This document shows, in pieces, positions 36,458 to 50,290 of a stretch of DNA of 64,000 nucleotides. Numbering within the stretch: the first letter of the stretch is position 1; the number at the start of each line of letters is the position of its first letter. Position numbers and translations under genes: made by a program. The notes beneath the pieces were generated by a model. That model did not search any database and was not told the DNA's origin. It saw only the letters and a list, made by a program, of their open reading frames with translations. Source of the stretch: Planctomycetota bacterium (GTDB taxonomy: Bacteria; Planctomycetota; Phycisphaerae; Phycisphaerales; Phycisphaeraceae); the NCBI GenBank assembly GCA_039033855.1, contig JBCCBV010000010.1, forward strand, positions 12,207 through 76,206, given 5' to 3'.

Positions 36458-36561
36458 CGAGGCGTAGTCTAGGCGATCTACCCGAGCCGGCCAGCCCGGT
36501 TCGCCCGACCGACCCGCCTCAAACGCCCCCCAACGCACGGACGACGCTTGGACCACGCTGG

Positions 36562-37275
36562 ATGCCCGACGCTCACCCCCCCGAACCGCTTTTCGACGAC
36601 GGCGCCCCGCCCGGCGTGTCGCCCGGCTCCGTGATCGCCTCGGTCCGGCCGAGCCCCAAGAACCCGGCCAAATCGCTCGTGAAGGTCGGCGCCAAGGTCG
36701 TCGCCCGCGTCGCCACCAGCCGTGTGGGAGAACTGGGGCTGGAAACGGGCGTCCCTTGGACCGCCGAGCTGGCCCAGCGGGTCGAAGCCTGCGCCCAGGC
36801 CGACCTGGCGGCGTCGGCCGCGGCCCGCGCACTCGGACGCAGGGCCAAGAGTCGGCGGAAGGTCGATCAAGACCTGCGCCGTAAAGACTTCGACGAAAAC
36901 GCCCGCGCCGCGGCGCTCGACCGGATGGAGGCGCTCGGTGCCATCGACGACCGGGCTCTGGGCGAGTCGCTGGTCCGCCAGGCCCTGAACCGCAAGCCCG
37001 CCGGCCCGCGGTACCTCCAGGCCAAGCTGCAAGCCGCCGGGCTGGACCGGTCGTTGGCGGACGAGCTCAGCCGAAAAGCCGGCGAGTCCAGGTCGGAAAC
37101 CGGCCTGGAAGGCGCCCGGGCGCTGGTGGCCGTGCGGTTACGCGGGATGCGGAATCTGGAGATGGATGTCAAACGGCGGAGGCTCTACGGGATGCTCGCC
37201 CGACGCGGGTTCGATCCCGACGTGATTCGACAAGCGTTATCGGAGTTGGCCCGCCCGTCCGACGATGACGGGTAA
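36562..37275 (+). CDS. recX: Regulatory protein RecX
   Basis: ATG at 36562. Three-helix repeat pattern (...RRKVDQDLRRKDFDENARAAALDRMEALGAIDDRALGESLVRQ...RYLQAKLQAAGLDRSLADE...LYGMLARRGFDPDVIRQAL). Confidence 0.8.
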   Translation: MPDAHPPEPLFDDGAPPGVSPGSVIASVRPSPKNPAKSLVKVGAKVVARVATSRVGELGLETGVPWTAELAQRVEACAQADLAASAAARALGRRAKSRRKVDQDLRRKDFDENARAAALDRMEALGAIDDRALGESLVRQALNRKPAGPRYLQAKLQAAGLDRSLADELSRKAGESRSETGLEGARALVAVRLRGMRNLEMDVKRRRLYGMLARRGFDPDVIRQALSELARPSDDDG

Positions 37276-38742
37276 ATGACCGCCTCGACTACCACGCCCA
37301 CGTCGCACGCCATGCCTGCGAAGGCCTCTTCACCGGCAAGCCCCGTCGCGCTCCCGGGCCCCGTCAAGGCCGCAGCGCATCGCGCCGATAGCCCTAAAGC
37401 CGTCTCTCTCCCGGGGGCCCCGAAGCGGGACGGCGCCAGGATGCGTTCACGCGTGGAAGCGGTGGTGGTCAGCCCGTTCGTGCCCGGCCCCGGCGGCGAA
37501 GACCGTCGCCGTGGTTTTTACATGCTCGAGATGCTGCGCGACGCCGGCTTCACCACCCGGCTGGTCGCGCTGTGCGCCCCCGACCAAGACCACCAATCGA
37601 TCGCCAACCTGGCCGACCACGTCGATCACGTGCACGCCTTCCACCGCTCGGGCGAGGCCTGGGTGCACGGCGCCTGGGGCTGGCTGACGGGCGAATCCTT
37701 CGCCGCCGGCGCCGCGCGCCACACCGAAGCGGTCGAGGTGCTGTCGCGCGTGCTGCCCAAAGCCAAGGTCGTGGTGGCATTGGGCGCCGCAGGCCACGCC
37801 ATGGTCGAGCAGGCGCTCGCGCCGGGCCGGCCCGGCGGGCTGTACGTCCTGGACCTGTCCGAACCCGCCGCGGCCGTCGCCGCCCACGCCGCCGACGACC
37901 GAAGAGGATTGGGCGCCTGGGCCGCCGGCACCGAGAGCAAAGCGATCTGCCGGGCCGAGCGCCTGGCCGCCGACGCCGCCGACCTCACGCTCGTCGCGTC
38001 CGAGCCGGACATCCGCAGCCTGGGCGCCAAACGACAATCCCCGATCTGGGCGGTGGGCAACGGCTTCGACCCGCGCGACGAGCCCGGCCGGGGCTACCTG
38101 GAGTCGCTGAGCCCGCGCATCGCGTACTGCGGCAACGTGGCGATCCCTCATCACGCGCGCTCGGCGCTGTGGCTGGCTCGGGTGGTGATGCCCCAAGTCC
38201 GCAAGGCCGTGCCCGACGCGGTGCTGGTCGTCCCTCAGCCGACCAAACTCAAGGGGCTCGGCGCCCGGGTCTTCGAGACCGGCGTGGTAGCCGCGTTCCC
38301 AGTCCAAGAATCGACGCCATACGAATCGCTCGTCGAAACCTGTGTGGCCGGCGCCTGTCCCCAGCGCTACGTGCGCGGGTGCGTGATGCAGGCTCTGCAA
38401 GTGATGGCGGCCGGCCGGCCGCTGGTGACCACGCCTGCACTCACACGGTTGCTTCCCTCAGACACCGCCAACGCGGTGCAGGTCGCCGACAAGGCCAAGC
38501 CCATGGCCGACGCGCTCGTGCGTTTATTGCTGCACCGCAACGAGGCCGAACAGTCGGGCCTCAAGGCCTGCCGGGTGGCCCACCAAGGCGCCACGTGGCT
38601 GGCGCAATGGCGGCGGGTCGGAGCGCTGTTGCGGCGCGTCGCCGACGGGCGTGACGCCCACGTCGGGTCCGACGCCGACCCGGGCGCCCGGCTGCGGCAG
38701 CTCGAAGGCCGTACGAGCGAAATCTCGCGCATCGCGTCGTAA
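37276..38742 (+). CDS. GT-B fold glycosyltransferase (GT4-like), family tentative
   Basis: The ATG directly abuts the recX TAA. VVVSPFVPGPGGEDRRRGFYMLEMLRDAGF... at the N-terminus, and the C-terminal VMQALQVMAAGRPLVTTPA resembles the E..G..EAMA.G.PVV motif. Confidence 0.6.
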   Translation: MTASTTTPTSHAMPAKASSPASPVALPGPVKAAAHRADSPKAVSLPGAPKRDGARMRSRVEAVVVSPFVPGPGGEDRRRGFYMLEMLRDAGFTTRLVALCAPDQDHQSIANLADHVDHVHAFHRSGEAWVHGAWGWLTGESFAAGAARHTEAVEVLSRVLPKAKVVVALGAAGHAMVEQALAPGRPGGLYVLDLSEPAAAVAAHAADDRRGLGAWAAGTESKAICRAERLAADAADLTLVASEPDIRSLGAKRQSPIWAVGNGFDPRDEPGRGYLESLSPRIAYCGNVAIPHHARSALWLARVVMPQVRKAVPDAVLVVPQPTKLKGLGARVFETGVVAAFPVQESTPYESLVETCVAGACPQRYVRGCVMQALQVMAAGRPLVTTPALTRLLPSDTANAVQVADKAKPMADALVRLLLHRNEAEQSGLKACRVAHQGATWLAQWRRVGALLRRVADGRDAHVGSDADPGARLRQLEGRTSEISRIAS

Positions 38743-38787
38743 CGAACGCCCCGCACCAATAAATTCCCGGTCCACCGAGAGCGTCGG

Positions 38788-40305
38788 TTAGAGCTTGTCC
38801 GCGGCCAGGCTGGCCAGCTCGCTGCGTTCGCTGCGCTGCAGCGTGACGTGGCCGACCTGCGACGACCCGCGCAGCCGCTCGACCATGTATGACAGGCCGT
38901 TGGACGACGCGTCGAGGTACGGATGGTCGATCTGGTTCACGTCGCCGGTCAGGACGATCTTGGTGCCCTCGCCCACCCGGCTGACGATGGTTTTGACCTC
39001 GTGCGGCGTCAGGTTCTGCGCCTCGTCCACGATGATGAACTGGTGCGGAATCGACCGGCCGCGGATGTACGTCAGCGGTTCGAGCACCACCGTGCCCTGG
39101 CCGACCAGCTCTTTCACCCGCGCCTCGGGCGGCTTCGAGTCGGCGTGCTGACCGCGGAAATCGCCGGCCGCACGGCTCGAAAGCAGATACTCCAGGTTGT
39201 CGAAAATCGGCTGCATCCACACGCCGAGCTTCTCGTCTTTGTCGCCGGGCAAGTAACCGATGTCACGGCCCATCGGCATGATCGGGCGCGCCACCAGCAG
39301 CTTGTCGTACCGCTGTTCGGTCACCACACGCCCCATGCCCGCGGCCAGGGCCAGCAGCGTCTTGCCCGTGCCCGCCGAGCCAAGCAGCGTCACCAGCTTG
39401 ACGTCGTCGTCGAGCAGAAGGTCGAGCGCCATCAGCTGCTGGACGTTGCGATGCATGACGCCGTAGGTCGGCTTCCGCGGCCCGTGGATCGGGATCAGGT
39501 GGTCGGTGTCCGCCAACCGACGGGCCAGGCCGTGGTGCGACTCGTCCACGGCGTTGCGCAGCTGCACGAACTGGTTCGTTTCGAGCTCCACCGCGTGCGT
39601 GCTGCCGTCCGACTCGGTCCGCACCAGGTGGTCTTGGATCGAGGTGAGCTCGAGCTGCTTCTCTTCGTACAAACGGTCGATCAGGTCGCCGGGCACGCTG
39701 AGCTCGACATACCCGGTGTACAGGCTGTCGGCGTCGACCTTCTGCGCCTCAAAATCTTCGGTGCGGATGCCCAGCGCATCGGCCTTGATCCGCACGTTGA
39801 TGTCTTTGGTGATCAGCGCCGCGTCGAGGCCGGCGTTCTGCAACTTCCACGCCACGCCGATGATGCGATGGTCGGGCGTGTCTTCGCCCAGCGAAGGCGG
39901 GCGCTGCTCGTCGGACAGTTCGACACGCACCTTGCCGCCCTGGTCGTTCCACGCCACGCCGTCGGCCAAACGACCTTTCGCGCGCAAACGGTCGAGTTGG
40001 CGGATCGCCTCGCGCGCGTTGCGGGCCACGTCGTCGTTGCCCTTCTTGAACTTGTCAATCTCGCCCAACACCGCGAAGGGGATCACCACCTCGTGCTCGG
40101 CGAACAGATACAGCGACGCCGGGTTGTGCAGCAGCACATTGGTATCGAGCACGAACCGGCGGACCGCCGCGTCGGGCGCGCCACCAGAGATCGGGCCGGG
40201 CTCGGACAACGGCCCGGCGGCGCCGACGGACGGGACGACCGGCACGGGCGATTCGGGCAAGGTCGGCGCGGCGCCGGCAGACGGCGAAGAAGTGGGCGGG
40301 CTCAT
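38788..40305 (-). CDS. PIN domain + PhoH-like ATPase (YlaK-type)
   Basis: PIN: FVLDTNVLLHNPASLYLFAEHEVVIPFAVLGEIDKFK. PhoH: LLGSAGTGKTLLALAAG (Walker A)...FIIVDEAQNLTPHE...VLTGDVNQID. ATG at 40305; the ORF is open to a TTG at 40362. Confidence 0.88.
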   Translation of the reverse strand: MSPPTSSPSAGAAPTLPESPVPVVPSVGAAGPLSEPGPISGGAPDAAVRRFVLDTNVLLHNPASLYLFAEHEVVIPFAVLGEIDKFKKGNDDVARNAREAIRQLDRLRAKGRLADGVAWNDQGGKVRVELSDEQRPPSLGEDTPDHRIIGVAWKLQNAGLDAALITKDINVRIKADALGIRTEDFEAQKVDADSLYTGYVELSVPGDLIDRLYEEKQLELTSIQDHLVRTESDGSTHAVELETNQFVQLRNAVDESHHGLARRLADTDHLIPIHGPRKPTYGVMHRNVQQLMALDLLLDDDVKLVTLLGSAGTGKTLLALAAGMGRVVTEQRYDKLLVARPIMPMGRDIGYLPGDKDEKLGVWMQPIFDNLEYLLSSRAAGDFRGQHADSKPPEARVKELVGQGTVVLEPLTYIRGRSIPHQFIIVDEAQNLTPHEVKTIVSRVGEGTKIVLTGDVNQIDHPYLDASSNGLSYMVERLRGSSQVGHVTLQRSERSELASLAADKL

Positions 40306-40478
40306 GGGGGCCCCTTGCGTCAGAGGGTGTCTCTCTCGGTCCACAAAACCTGTATCGGCCAACCGGCCGGGGCAAGTTCACGGCGGATTCTACGGGCCCC
40401 CGGCCCCACGGTTCGACACGCCGGCCGGCGCCCACACCGACAGCCGCCCCACCCCCGCGCCGCGGGTACGCTGCGGCC

Positions 40479-41594
40479 ATGAACACGCCTTCATCGCCCA
40501 GTAACGCCGGAACTACGCCCAACCCGCCCGCCCCGTTCGGCGCCGCATCCGACGGTACCACCGTCGAACAGGTCACCCTCCGCAACGCCCAGGGCTGGAC
40601 CTGCACCCTGCTGACCCACGGCGCCCGGGTACGCTCCCTCCACGTCCCCGACCGCGACGGCCGGCTCGGAAACGTCGTGCTGGGCTTCGACCACCTCGCC
40701 GTATACGAAGGCGACGGGTCAAGCTTCGGCGCCACCTGCGGACGTGTGGCCGGACGCATCGCCAAGGGCAAGTACACCCTCGACGGCACACCGCGCGAGC
40801 TCGACGCCCACGACTCTCAGGGCAACCACCGCCACGGCGGAAAAGTCGGTTTCATGCTCCGCCACTGGGACGTCGAAGACGCCACCGAAGACCGCTGCAC
40901 CCTTGCGCTCGTCTCAGAGGACGGCGACCAGCGCTACCCCGGCCGGCTGGTGACCCGGGTCACCTACACGCTCGAAGACGACGCGCTGCGCATCGACTAC
41001 CGCGCCGAAACCGACGCCCCCACGCCGGTCAACCTGACCAACCACAGCTACTTCAACCTGGGCGGCGTGCCCGACGGCGCCTCGGCCGATCAATTACGCA
41101 CTCAAACCTTCGAGACCTTGGTCCGGCTGGATTGCGACGAGTACCTCGAGTGCGTCGACATGATCCCCACGGGCGAGCGCACCGCCGTGCAAGGCACGCC
41201 CCTCGACTTCCGCACGCCCCGAACCATCGGCGAACGCATCGCCGACCTCACCGAAGGCCCGCGCCCCGGCTACGACCACGCCTTACAGGTCCGCGGCCAC
41301 GACGGCGCCTTGCGCGAAACCGCGCGATGCGCACACCCCCCCACCGGTCGGTCCATGACGGTGCTGTCCGACCAGCCCTGCCTGGTGTTCTATTCGACCA
41401 ACCTCAAGCCCGAGGCCCCGCCGTTCCAGGGCTCCGGCGGCGCACAATTCGGCCCGCGCTCGGCGTTCTGTATCGAGATGCAGAAACAGCCCGACGCGAT
41501 CAACCGGCAGGACGACCCGCACTTCGCCGATGTGATCGTCCGCCCGGGCACGCCCTACACCCAGACCACGATCTACCGGTTCGCCGTCGAATAA
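40479..41594 (+). CDS. galM: Aldose 1-epimerase (galactose mutarotase)
   Basis: GGKVGF...RYPGRL...VNLTNHSYFNLGG...YDHA...FCIEMQ are mutarotase signatures. Confidence 0.88.
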   Translation: MNTPSSPSNAGTTPNPPAPFGAASDGTTVEQVTLRNAQGWTCTLLTHGARVRSLHVPDRDGRLGNVVLGFDHLAVYEGDGSSFGATCGRVAGRIAKGKYTLDGTPRELDAHDSQGNHRHGGKVGFMLRHWDVEDATEDRCTLALVSEDGDQRYPGRLVTRVTYTLEDDALRIDYRAETDAPTPVNLTNHSYFNLGGVPDGASADQLRTQTFETLVRLDCDEYLECVDMIPTGERTAVQGTPLDFRTPRTIGERIADLTEGPRPGYDHALQVRGHDGALRETARCAHPPTGRSMTVLSDQPCLVFYSTNLKPEAPPFQGSGGAQFGPRSAFCIEMQKQPDAINRQDDPHFADVIVRPGTPYTQTTIYRFAVE

Positions 41595-41624
41595 ACGGCT
41601 TCATGCAGTCGTCTTGACTGCCGG

Positions 41625-42233
41625 TTACGCGCCGATGACCGGGTCGTGGTCGCGCGGCGCGGGCGGATCGCCCGGGCCCACCCACATCGACATCATCAGC
41701 TCGTCGGCGTAGGTGCCGTCCTCGAAACGCACCGCACGCTTGAGCAAGCCTTCCTGCTCAAAGCCCAAACTTTCGTACAGGCGTATCGCCTTGGCGTTGA
41801 AGGGGAATGCGCAGAGCTGCAGCACATCGAACCCCGCGCGGTTCCGGGCAAAGGCGATGAACTCTTCCATCAGCAACCGCCCGAGCCCACGGCCCCACCA
41901 CGCCCGCCGGATCGAGATGCCCAGGTTGCCTCGGTGGGTCGCGCGATACGGCTTTTCGTCCTGACGCACGCCCGCGATCGCAACCGCTTCGCCTTGCGGG
42001 GTCCAAGCCGAGACCTGCAACGCTCCCGGTTTTTCCAGGTGCTCGCGCAGCCAGGTGCGCTCTTGGTCCAGCGACATCACCGGGTCTTTCGGGCAGTTCA
42101 TGATGCCCCACGACTCGACCCGCATGGCCACCAGATAGTCGAGCACGGCCTGGGCGTCGTCGGGCGTCGGGCTGCGCAGCACAAGCTCGGCGCCGTCGCG
42201 CAGCGTGATCGTTTTAGGCTCAAGCACCGCCAT
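41625..42233 (-). CDS. GNAT family N-acetyltransferase (third of a tandem trio)
   Basis: ISIRRAWWGRGLGRLLMEEFIAFA...NAKAIRLYESLGFEQEG is an acetyl-CoA binding motif A. It overlaps the upstream GNAT gene by 14 nt. Confidence 0.85.
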   Translation of the reverse strand: MAVLEPKTITLRDGAELVLRSPTPDDAQAVLDYLVAMRVESWGIMNCPKDPVMSLDQERTWLREHLEKPGALQVSAWTPQGEAVAIAGVRQDEKPYRATHRGNLGISIRRAWWGRGLGRLLMEEFIAFARNRAGFDVLQLCAFPFNAKAIRLYESLGFEQEGLLKRAVRFEDGTYADELMMSMWVGPGDPPAPRDHDPVIGA

Positions 42234-42828
42234 CTGGCGTATCCCTCTCCGTTTCCGATTGCGATTCGGAAGTGGCCGACGAACGCGGCCAGCGGTCGGC
42301 GGTCGTGGCGTACACCACGGCGTCGTGACGGTCTTCCCCAGGCATCGTCCAGAAGTCGCGCAGCACGCCTTCGCGCTCGATCCCCAGCCTCTCCGCCAGG
42401 GCCAAACTCTTGGCGTTACGCGACGAGATCATCAGGCAGGCCCGGTGGAAGCCAAGCTCATCGAACGTCAGGTCGAACATCTTCCCCACGGCCCGGGTGG
42501 CGATGCCCTTGCCGCGGGCAGCGGAGGTCAGCCAGTAACCGATCTCGATCCGCTGGTGCTCGCGATCCGCGTGGCAGTGGAACACCGTGCCCACCAGCCG
42601 GCCGTGATACTCGATCGCCAAGGTCAACTCGCCGTTGGCTTGGCTCTGCGCGATCCACTGCGCGAGCACTTCGCGCGCCTTCTCGACGGTGTCGGTCTTG
42701 TGGACCCACAGCATGAACTCGCCGATGGAGGCGCGGTCCGCGTCGAGGACGGCGAACAGCCGCGCCGCATCATCGATCGTGTAGGGCCTGAGCGCCAGGT
42801 CGTGATCGAGGGTGATCGGGAAGTTCAC
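42220..42828 (-). CDS. GNAT family N-acetyltransferase, RimJ/RimL-like (second of trio)
   Basis: IEIGYWLTSAARGKGIATRAVGKMFDLTFDELGFHR...NAKSLALAERLGIEREG. The likely GTG start at 42828 overlaps the upstream stop as GTGA. Confidence 0.85.
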   Translation of the reverse strand: MNFPITLDHDLALRPYTIDDAARLFAVLDADRASIGEFMLWVHKTDTVEKAREVLAQWIAQSQANGELTLAIEYHGRLVGTVFHCHADREHQRIEIGYWLTSAARGKGIATRAVGKMFDLTFDELGFHRACLMISSRNAKSLALAERLGIEREGVLRDFWTMPGEDRHDAVVYATTADRWPRSSATSESQSETERDTPDGGA

Positions 42829-43432
42829 GACCCGCCCCCTGGTGCGCTGCCCACGATCGCATCCTCCGGCGCATGCCAGTGATCCGCACAGGCGGCGTAG
42901 AGCTTGTGATCGATCCGGCGGCCTTTCCAATGTGCAACGCCGCGCAAAGTGCCCTCATACGCATAGCCGGCGCGCTCGGCGACGCGCCAACTGGCCGGGT
43001 TGTCCGGCTCGGCCGTGATGATCATCCGCCGCAAGCCATACTCAGCAAAGCCGAGCTGAGTCAGCGCCACAGTCGATCGCGTAGCGATGCTCTGGCCACA
43101 CGCCTCTTGCGCAAGCCAGTAGCCGATGTCGGCCGAGGCGATCTCCATCGACCCGCTGCCAGACCGGCTTTCCGTCCAGTTGAACCAGCCGGTGTTCCCG
43201 ACGATCTTGCCGTGCTTCAGAATGGTGACGGCGATGGCCTTGCGCTCGGCGAAGTTCCGCAGCGACTCCACGGCATACTTGCGTGCGTCCTCGACAGACC
43301 GGGTGTGCTCGACCCACGACATCCACCCTCCAAGATGCGCGCGGTTGGCGTCCACCACGGCGTACAAGTCTTCGGCGTGATGGGGTTCGAGCAGGCGCAG
43401 CGCAAGCCCGCCGGCTAAGTCGCGCGACCAAC

Positions 43433-43436
<4 letters not shown>
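42825..43436 (-). CDS. GNAT family N-acetyltransferase, RimJ/RimL-like (first of trio)
   Basis: ADIGYWLAQEACGQSIATRSTVALTQLGFAEYGLRR...NPASWRVAERAGYAYEG. Its ATG overlaps the leuA stop as ATGA. Confidence 0.85.
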
Positions 43437-45127
<1,691 letters not shown>

Positions 45128-45377
45128 CGCAAAGTCTCGGAGAAAGAAGAGCGGGCGGGGGTTCGCGTGCCAGTTCGCGAGCCAAGGGGGCACAATGGAC
45201 GCAACGATCGCGTGGCGCTGCCGGGCTCGCCGGGGCGTCGGGCCGATCCCGAGTCACACATGAAAAAGGGACGGTCCTTAGCCGGCGAGCGACAGCCCCA
45301 GAAGGGGCGTGGAGGCAATGGTAAGTCGCAGCGGGCAAAGGGCCATGAACGGAGCTTGTCCGCAGACCCCGGCGGTG

Positions 45378-45620
45378 TCAACCCCCAGCGCACGAGTTTG
45401 CGCCGCTGGGCGGAGCCAGCTCGTGCAAACGAGACAAGGCCTCCACCAGCACCGCCTGCACCGCGCCTCGGTCGGCCGACTGCAGGTACGCGCGGACCTC
45501 GACCGGGAGTTCGACCGGGTCTGCCGTCGGAAGCCCGGGCTGGGCGCATATCGACAACAGGGCCTGGGCCACGGGGTTTGCGGGGTTGCCGGGTGCTGCG
45601 GGGGAAGGCTTGCCGACCAT
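45378..45620 (-). CDS. Possible small hypothetical protein (80 aa) in the long leuA upstream region
   Basis: ATG start and high third-position GC (AQALLSICAQPGLPTADPVELPVEVRAYLQSADRGAVQAVLVEALSRLHELA). No family recognised and no obvious RBS. Confidence 0.3.
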   Translation of the reverse strand: MVGKPSPAAPGNPANPVAQALLSICAQPGLPTADPVELPVEVRAYLQSADRGAVQAVLVEALSRLHELAPPSGANSCAGG

Positions 45621-45816
45621 GACACGCTCCGCAAGGGGACCCCAACCGCATCGGCCCGGCAGACCGGGCCATCCACGCCCGCGGCCTTGTCGGCCGGCAT
45701 GTTGTCCGGATTGCGAGAGCCCCCGACACGGCCGTGTGCTGCTGGCAGCTCGCCTGGCCCGTCTTCGAGTGCGCGCGGCGACGACCGCTTGAACTGCCGC
45801 GACTGCCGCGACCGCC

Positions 45817-46737
45817 TCAGCCCCGCGGCGCGGCCCAGCCCGACAGGTCGCGCTCGATCAGGCTGGCGAGCTTGTCGACTTCCTCACGAAACTCTGCGCG
45901 CAACGCCCGCATCAGGGCCTCGTCGGCGGCCTTGGTGCGCGCCGACGGCAGCACCGAGCTGGTGAACCACCGATACGCATCGAGCACCGGCCGAGGCGCC
46001 TTCTTCACCAGCTTGGTGGCGGTTCGGCTGCGATAGAACATCCGCTTGACCCACAGGTCGGCGGACGAAAGCGCGCGTGTCGTGTTCTGCGCCTCCAGCG
46101 TGGGCTCGAACGAAGGGTCGATGTCCAGAAACGCGAACAACCTGCGCAACAGCCCGGGCAGGTCGGCCTTCATATCGTCCAACAGCGCCACAAACACGCG
46201 GTCGCGCCCAAACGCGTCGAAATACCGCTGCACCTGCTCGGCGAAGCGGGCCGACGCCCGGTAGTGCGTATGGCAACGGAACTTGGCGTGCTCGGGCTCG
46301 CGCCGCCCGGCCAGGCGGTCTGTCTCGGCCGACAGCGCCTCGGCGAGCGACAAGATCGTTTCGTTGTCGGTGTTGAGCGCCTGCAGGTGCAGCGAGTTGA
46401 TGTAGCCCGCCGGCTCGCGGAGCATCACCACGATCTTGGCGTCGGGCGCAAAGCGGTGTACCTCCTGCGCCGCGTCTTTCGAATACAGGTACCAGGTGGA
46501 GGCGTCCCCCCGGACCTTGGCGGCGGCCGATTCGGGCGCGGCAAAGAGCTTGAGATAATCCGCTTCCGACTCGACCCGCATGGGGTGGCGGATGTCCAGG
46601 TCGCGCCCGAAGTGGTGCGGCTCTTTCGGCCGGCACATGAACACCTCGGGGTGCTGGTCGAGGTAGTAGTGCAGCGAAGTCGTGCCGCACTTGGGGGCGC
46701 CGGCGATAATCAGGTTGGGGCGGGGAGAATCGGCCAT
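45817..46737 (-). CDS. Sulfotransferase family protein (PAPS-dependent)
   Basis: The N-terminal IIAGAPKCGTTSLHYYL is the 5'-PSB loop (PKxGTT). Size and later RxxxS-like region are consistent with the family. Confidence 0.85.
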   Translation of the reverse strand: MADSPRPNLIIAGAPKCGTTSLHYYLDQHPEVFMCRPKEPHHFGRDLDIRHPMRVESEADYLKLFAAPESAAAKVRGDASTWYLYSKDAAQEVHRFAPDAKIVVMLREPAGYINSLHLQALNTDNETILSLAEALSAETDRLAGRREPEHAKFRCHTHYRASARFAEQVQRYFDAFGRDRVFVALLDDMKADLPGLLRRLFAFLDIDPSFEPTLEAQNTTRALSSADLWVKRMFYRSRTATKLVKKAPRPVLDAYRWFTSSVLPSARTKAADEALMRALRAEFREEVDKLASLIERDLSGWAAPRG

Positions 46738-46754
46738 CGCGGCGGGCGCTTTCG

Positions 46755-47882
46755 TTACCCCACGGCCGTGTTCGACACGGCGCTGGGCGCCGCGGCCTGG
46801 AGGTTATGGCGGGCCAGCACCTCGAGCGCGTGCAGGTAGTCGCGCACCGACTCGCGGACCTGGCCTGACTGGTGCTGCTCGATGCGCTCGATCTGGACCT
46901 TCAGAAAGTCCAGTCGGTTGCCGGGCACGAGCTTTGTCAGGTTTAGGCTGCTGTCGAAGTAAGGCACGTCATCCGGCACGCTGTCGAAGAGCGACTGGGT
47001 CAGATCAGACATTGGTTTTGGGTCGCCGCCGAGCTCGAAGAAGTAGGGGATCATCAAGATCGACCAGTTGTTCGGCGGGTACGCCGGGCCCAACCGGCGC
47101 ATCTCGGTGAACTCGTGGACCGTCTGCGCGGGGTGCACAAAGCCGTCGCGGTCGAGCGGCGCCTTGACCCGCTTACCGCCCTGCAACTGGGCGTAGAGCA
47201 TGATGTCGAAGTCGACCCGCCGGGCCCCGACCTTGCCCACGCGGTGGAACAGGTCGATCGGCGGGAACCGCTCGCGCACGTAGCCCCAGTCGAACATCAA
47301 CTCCCAGGTGGCCAGCACCCGGTCGTCTTCGGTCAGGCCGTTGTAGTGGTAGAACTGATCGCCGAGGAACTGGGCGCCTTCGTCTCGGATCCGCGAAAAC
47401 GACCGCTCCAGAATCTCGGGGTCGAGCAGGTACGCGTCGAGGTCTTGAATGAGCACGTACCGCGTGGTCGCCCGGCGGAACGCGATGGCCCACGACAGCC
47501 AGCAGTACACCCAAGGCAGGCGATAGTCCTCCGCCACCGCCAGCTGCTCGTCGGAGTAGCAGTCGACCACGACATTCAACTCGGGGAAGTCAGCGGCGAC
47601 CTGCGCTTCGAACGCGTCGATCTCGGCGTTGCGCGTGGTGTCGAACACCAGGATCGTCTGGGCGTGGTGCTGGCGTCGCTGGGCTTGCAGGAACCGGCAG
47701 AGCGAACGGGCCATCGGCATCAGGTCGTGTCGGCAGCCCACGACGAGCGTGTAGGCGTCGTCGGCCAGCGGGCGGTCGTCCCACGCCACCAACGGCGCCA
47801 GGCGGCGACGCATGCGGTCGCGCCGGAGCTTGGCGAGGCGGTACACCAGCGGGTTGCCGTATTTGCCCTTTGCGTTGGCCAT
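46755..47882 (-). CDS. Hypothetical protein, possibly a GT-A-like glycosyltransferase (DxD-like QDLDAY)
   Basis: ATG at 47882 ([15 protein letters not shown]...). Located 17 nt upstream of the sulfotransferase gene on the same strand. No family recognised with confidence. Confidence 0.55.
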   Translation of the reverse strand: MANAKGKYGNPLVYRLAKLRRDRMRRRLAPLVAWDDRPLADDAYTLVVGCRHDLMPMARSLCRFLQAQRRQHHAQTILVFDTTRNAEIDAFEAQVAADFPELNVVVDCYSDEQLAVAEDYRLPWVYCWLSWAIAFRRATTRYVLIQDLDAYLLDPEILERSFSRIRDEGAQFLGDQFYHYNGLTEDDRVLATWELMFDWGYVRERFPPIDLFHRVGKVGARRVDFDIMLYAQLQGGKRVKAPLDRDGFVHPAQTVHEFTEMRRLGPAYPPNNWSILMIPYFFELGGDPKPMSDLTQSLFDSVPDDVPYFDSSLNLTKLVPGNRLDFLKVQIERIEQHQSGQVRESVRDYLHALEVLARHNLQAAAPSAVSNTAVG

Positions 47883-48045
47883 GCGGGAGGTTCCGGGAAC
47901 GCCCCCACAGTACCGGGGTCGGCGGGCCCGCGGAGCCCGGCCCCGCTCCGCCCGAGCGCCGCGCCCGCCGCCGCTTGTGGATTCGACCCGGCCCGCCATA
48001 ATCGCCCCGCTTCCGAGCCCCAGAAAGACCCCGCGAGAACGACCC

Positions 48046-50280
<2,235 letters not shown>

Positions 50281-50290
50281 GGTGGCATAG

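Noticed and set aside
37207-37218. GGGTTCGATCCC, a T-arm-like motif suggesting a tRNA
   Set aside because: It lies inside the recX coding frame (RRGFDPD). There is no acceptor stem, D-arm or anticodon arm around it.
45194-45400. Possible housekeeping ncRNA (RNase P RNA, tmRNA, SRP/4.5S or 6S RNA) in the long leuA upstream region
   Set aside because: I checked both strands for the conserved cores: GAGGAAAGUCCGGGC for RNase P, the tRNA-like 3' end and tag ORF for tmRNA, and GGAAGGAAGCAGCC-type domain IV for SRP. I found none. A covariance-model scan would settle it.
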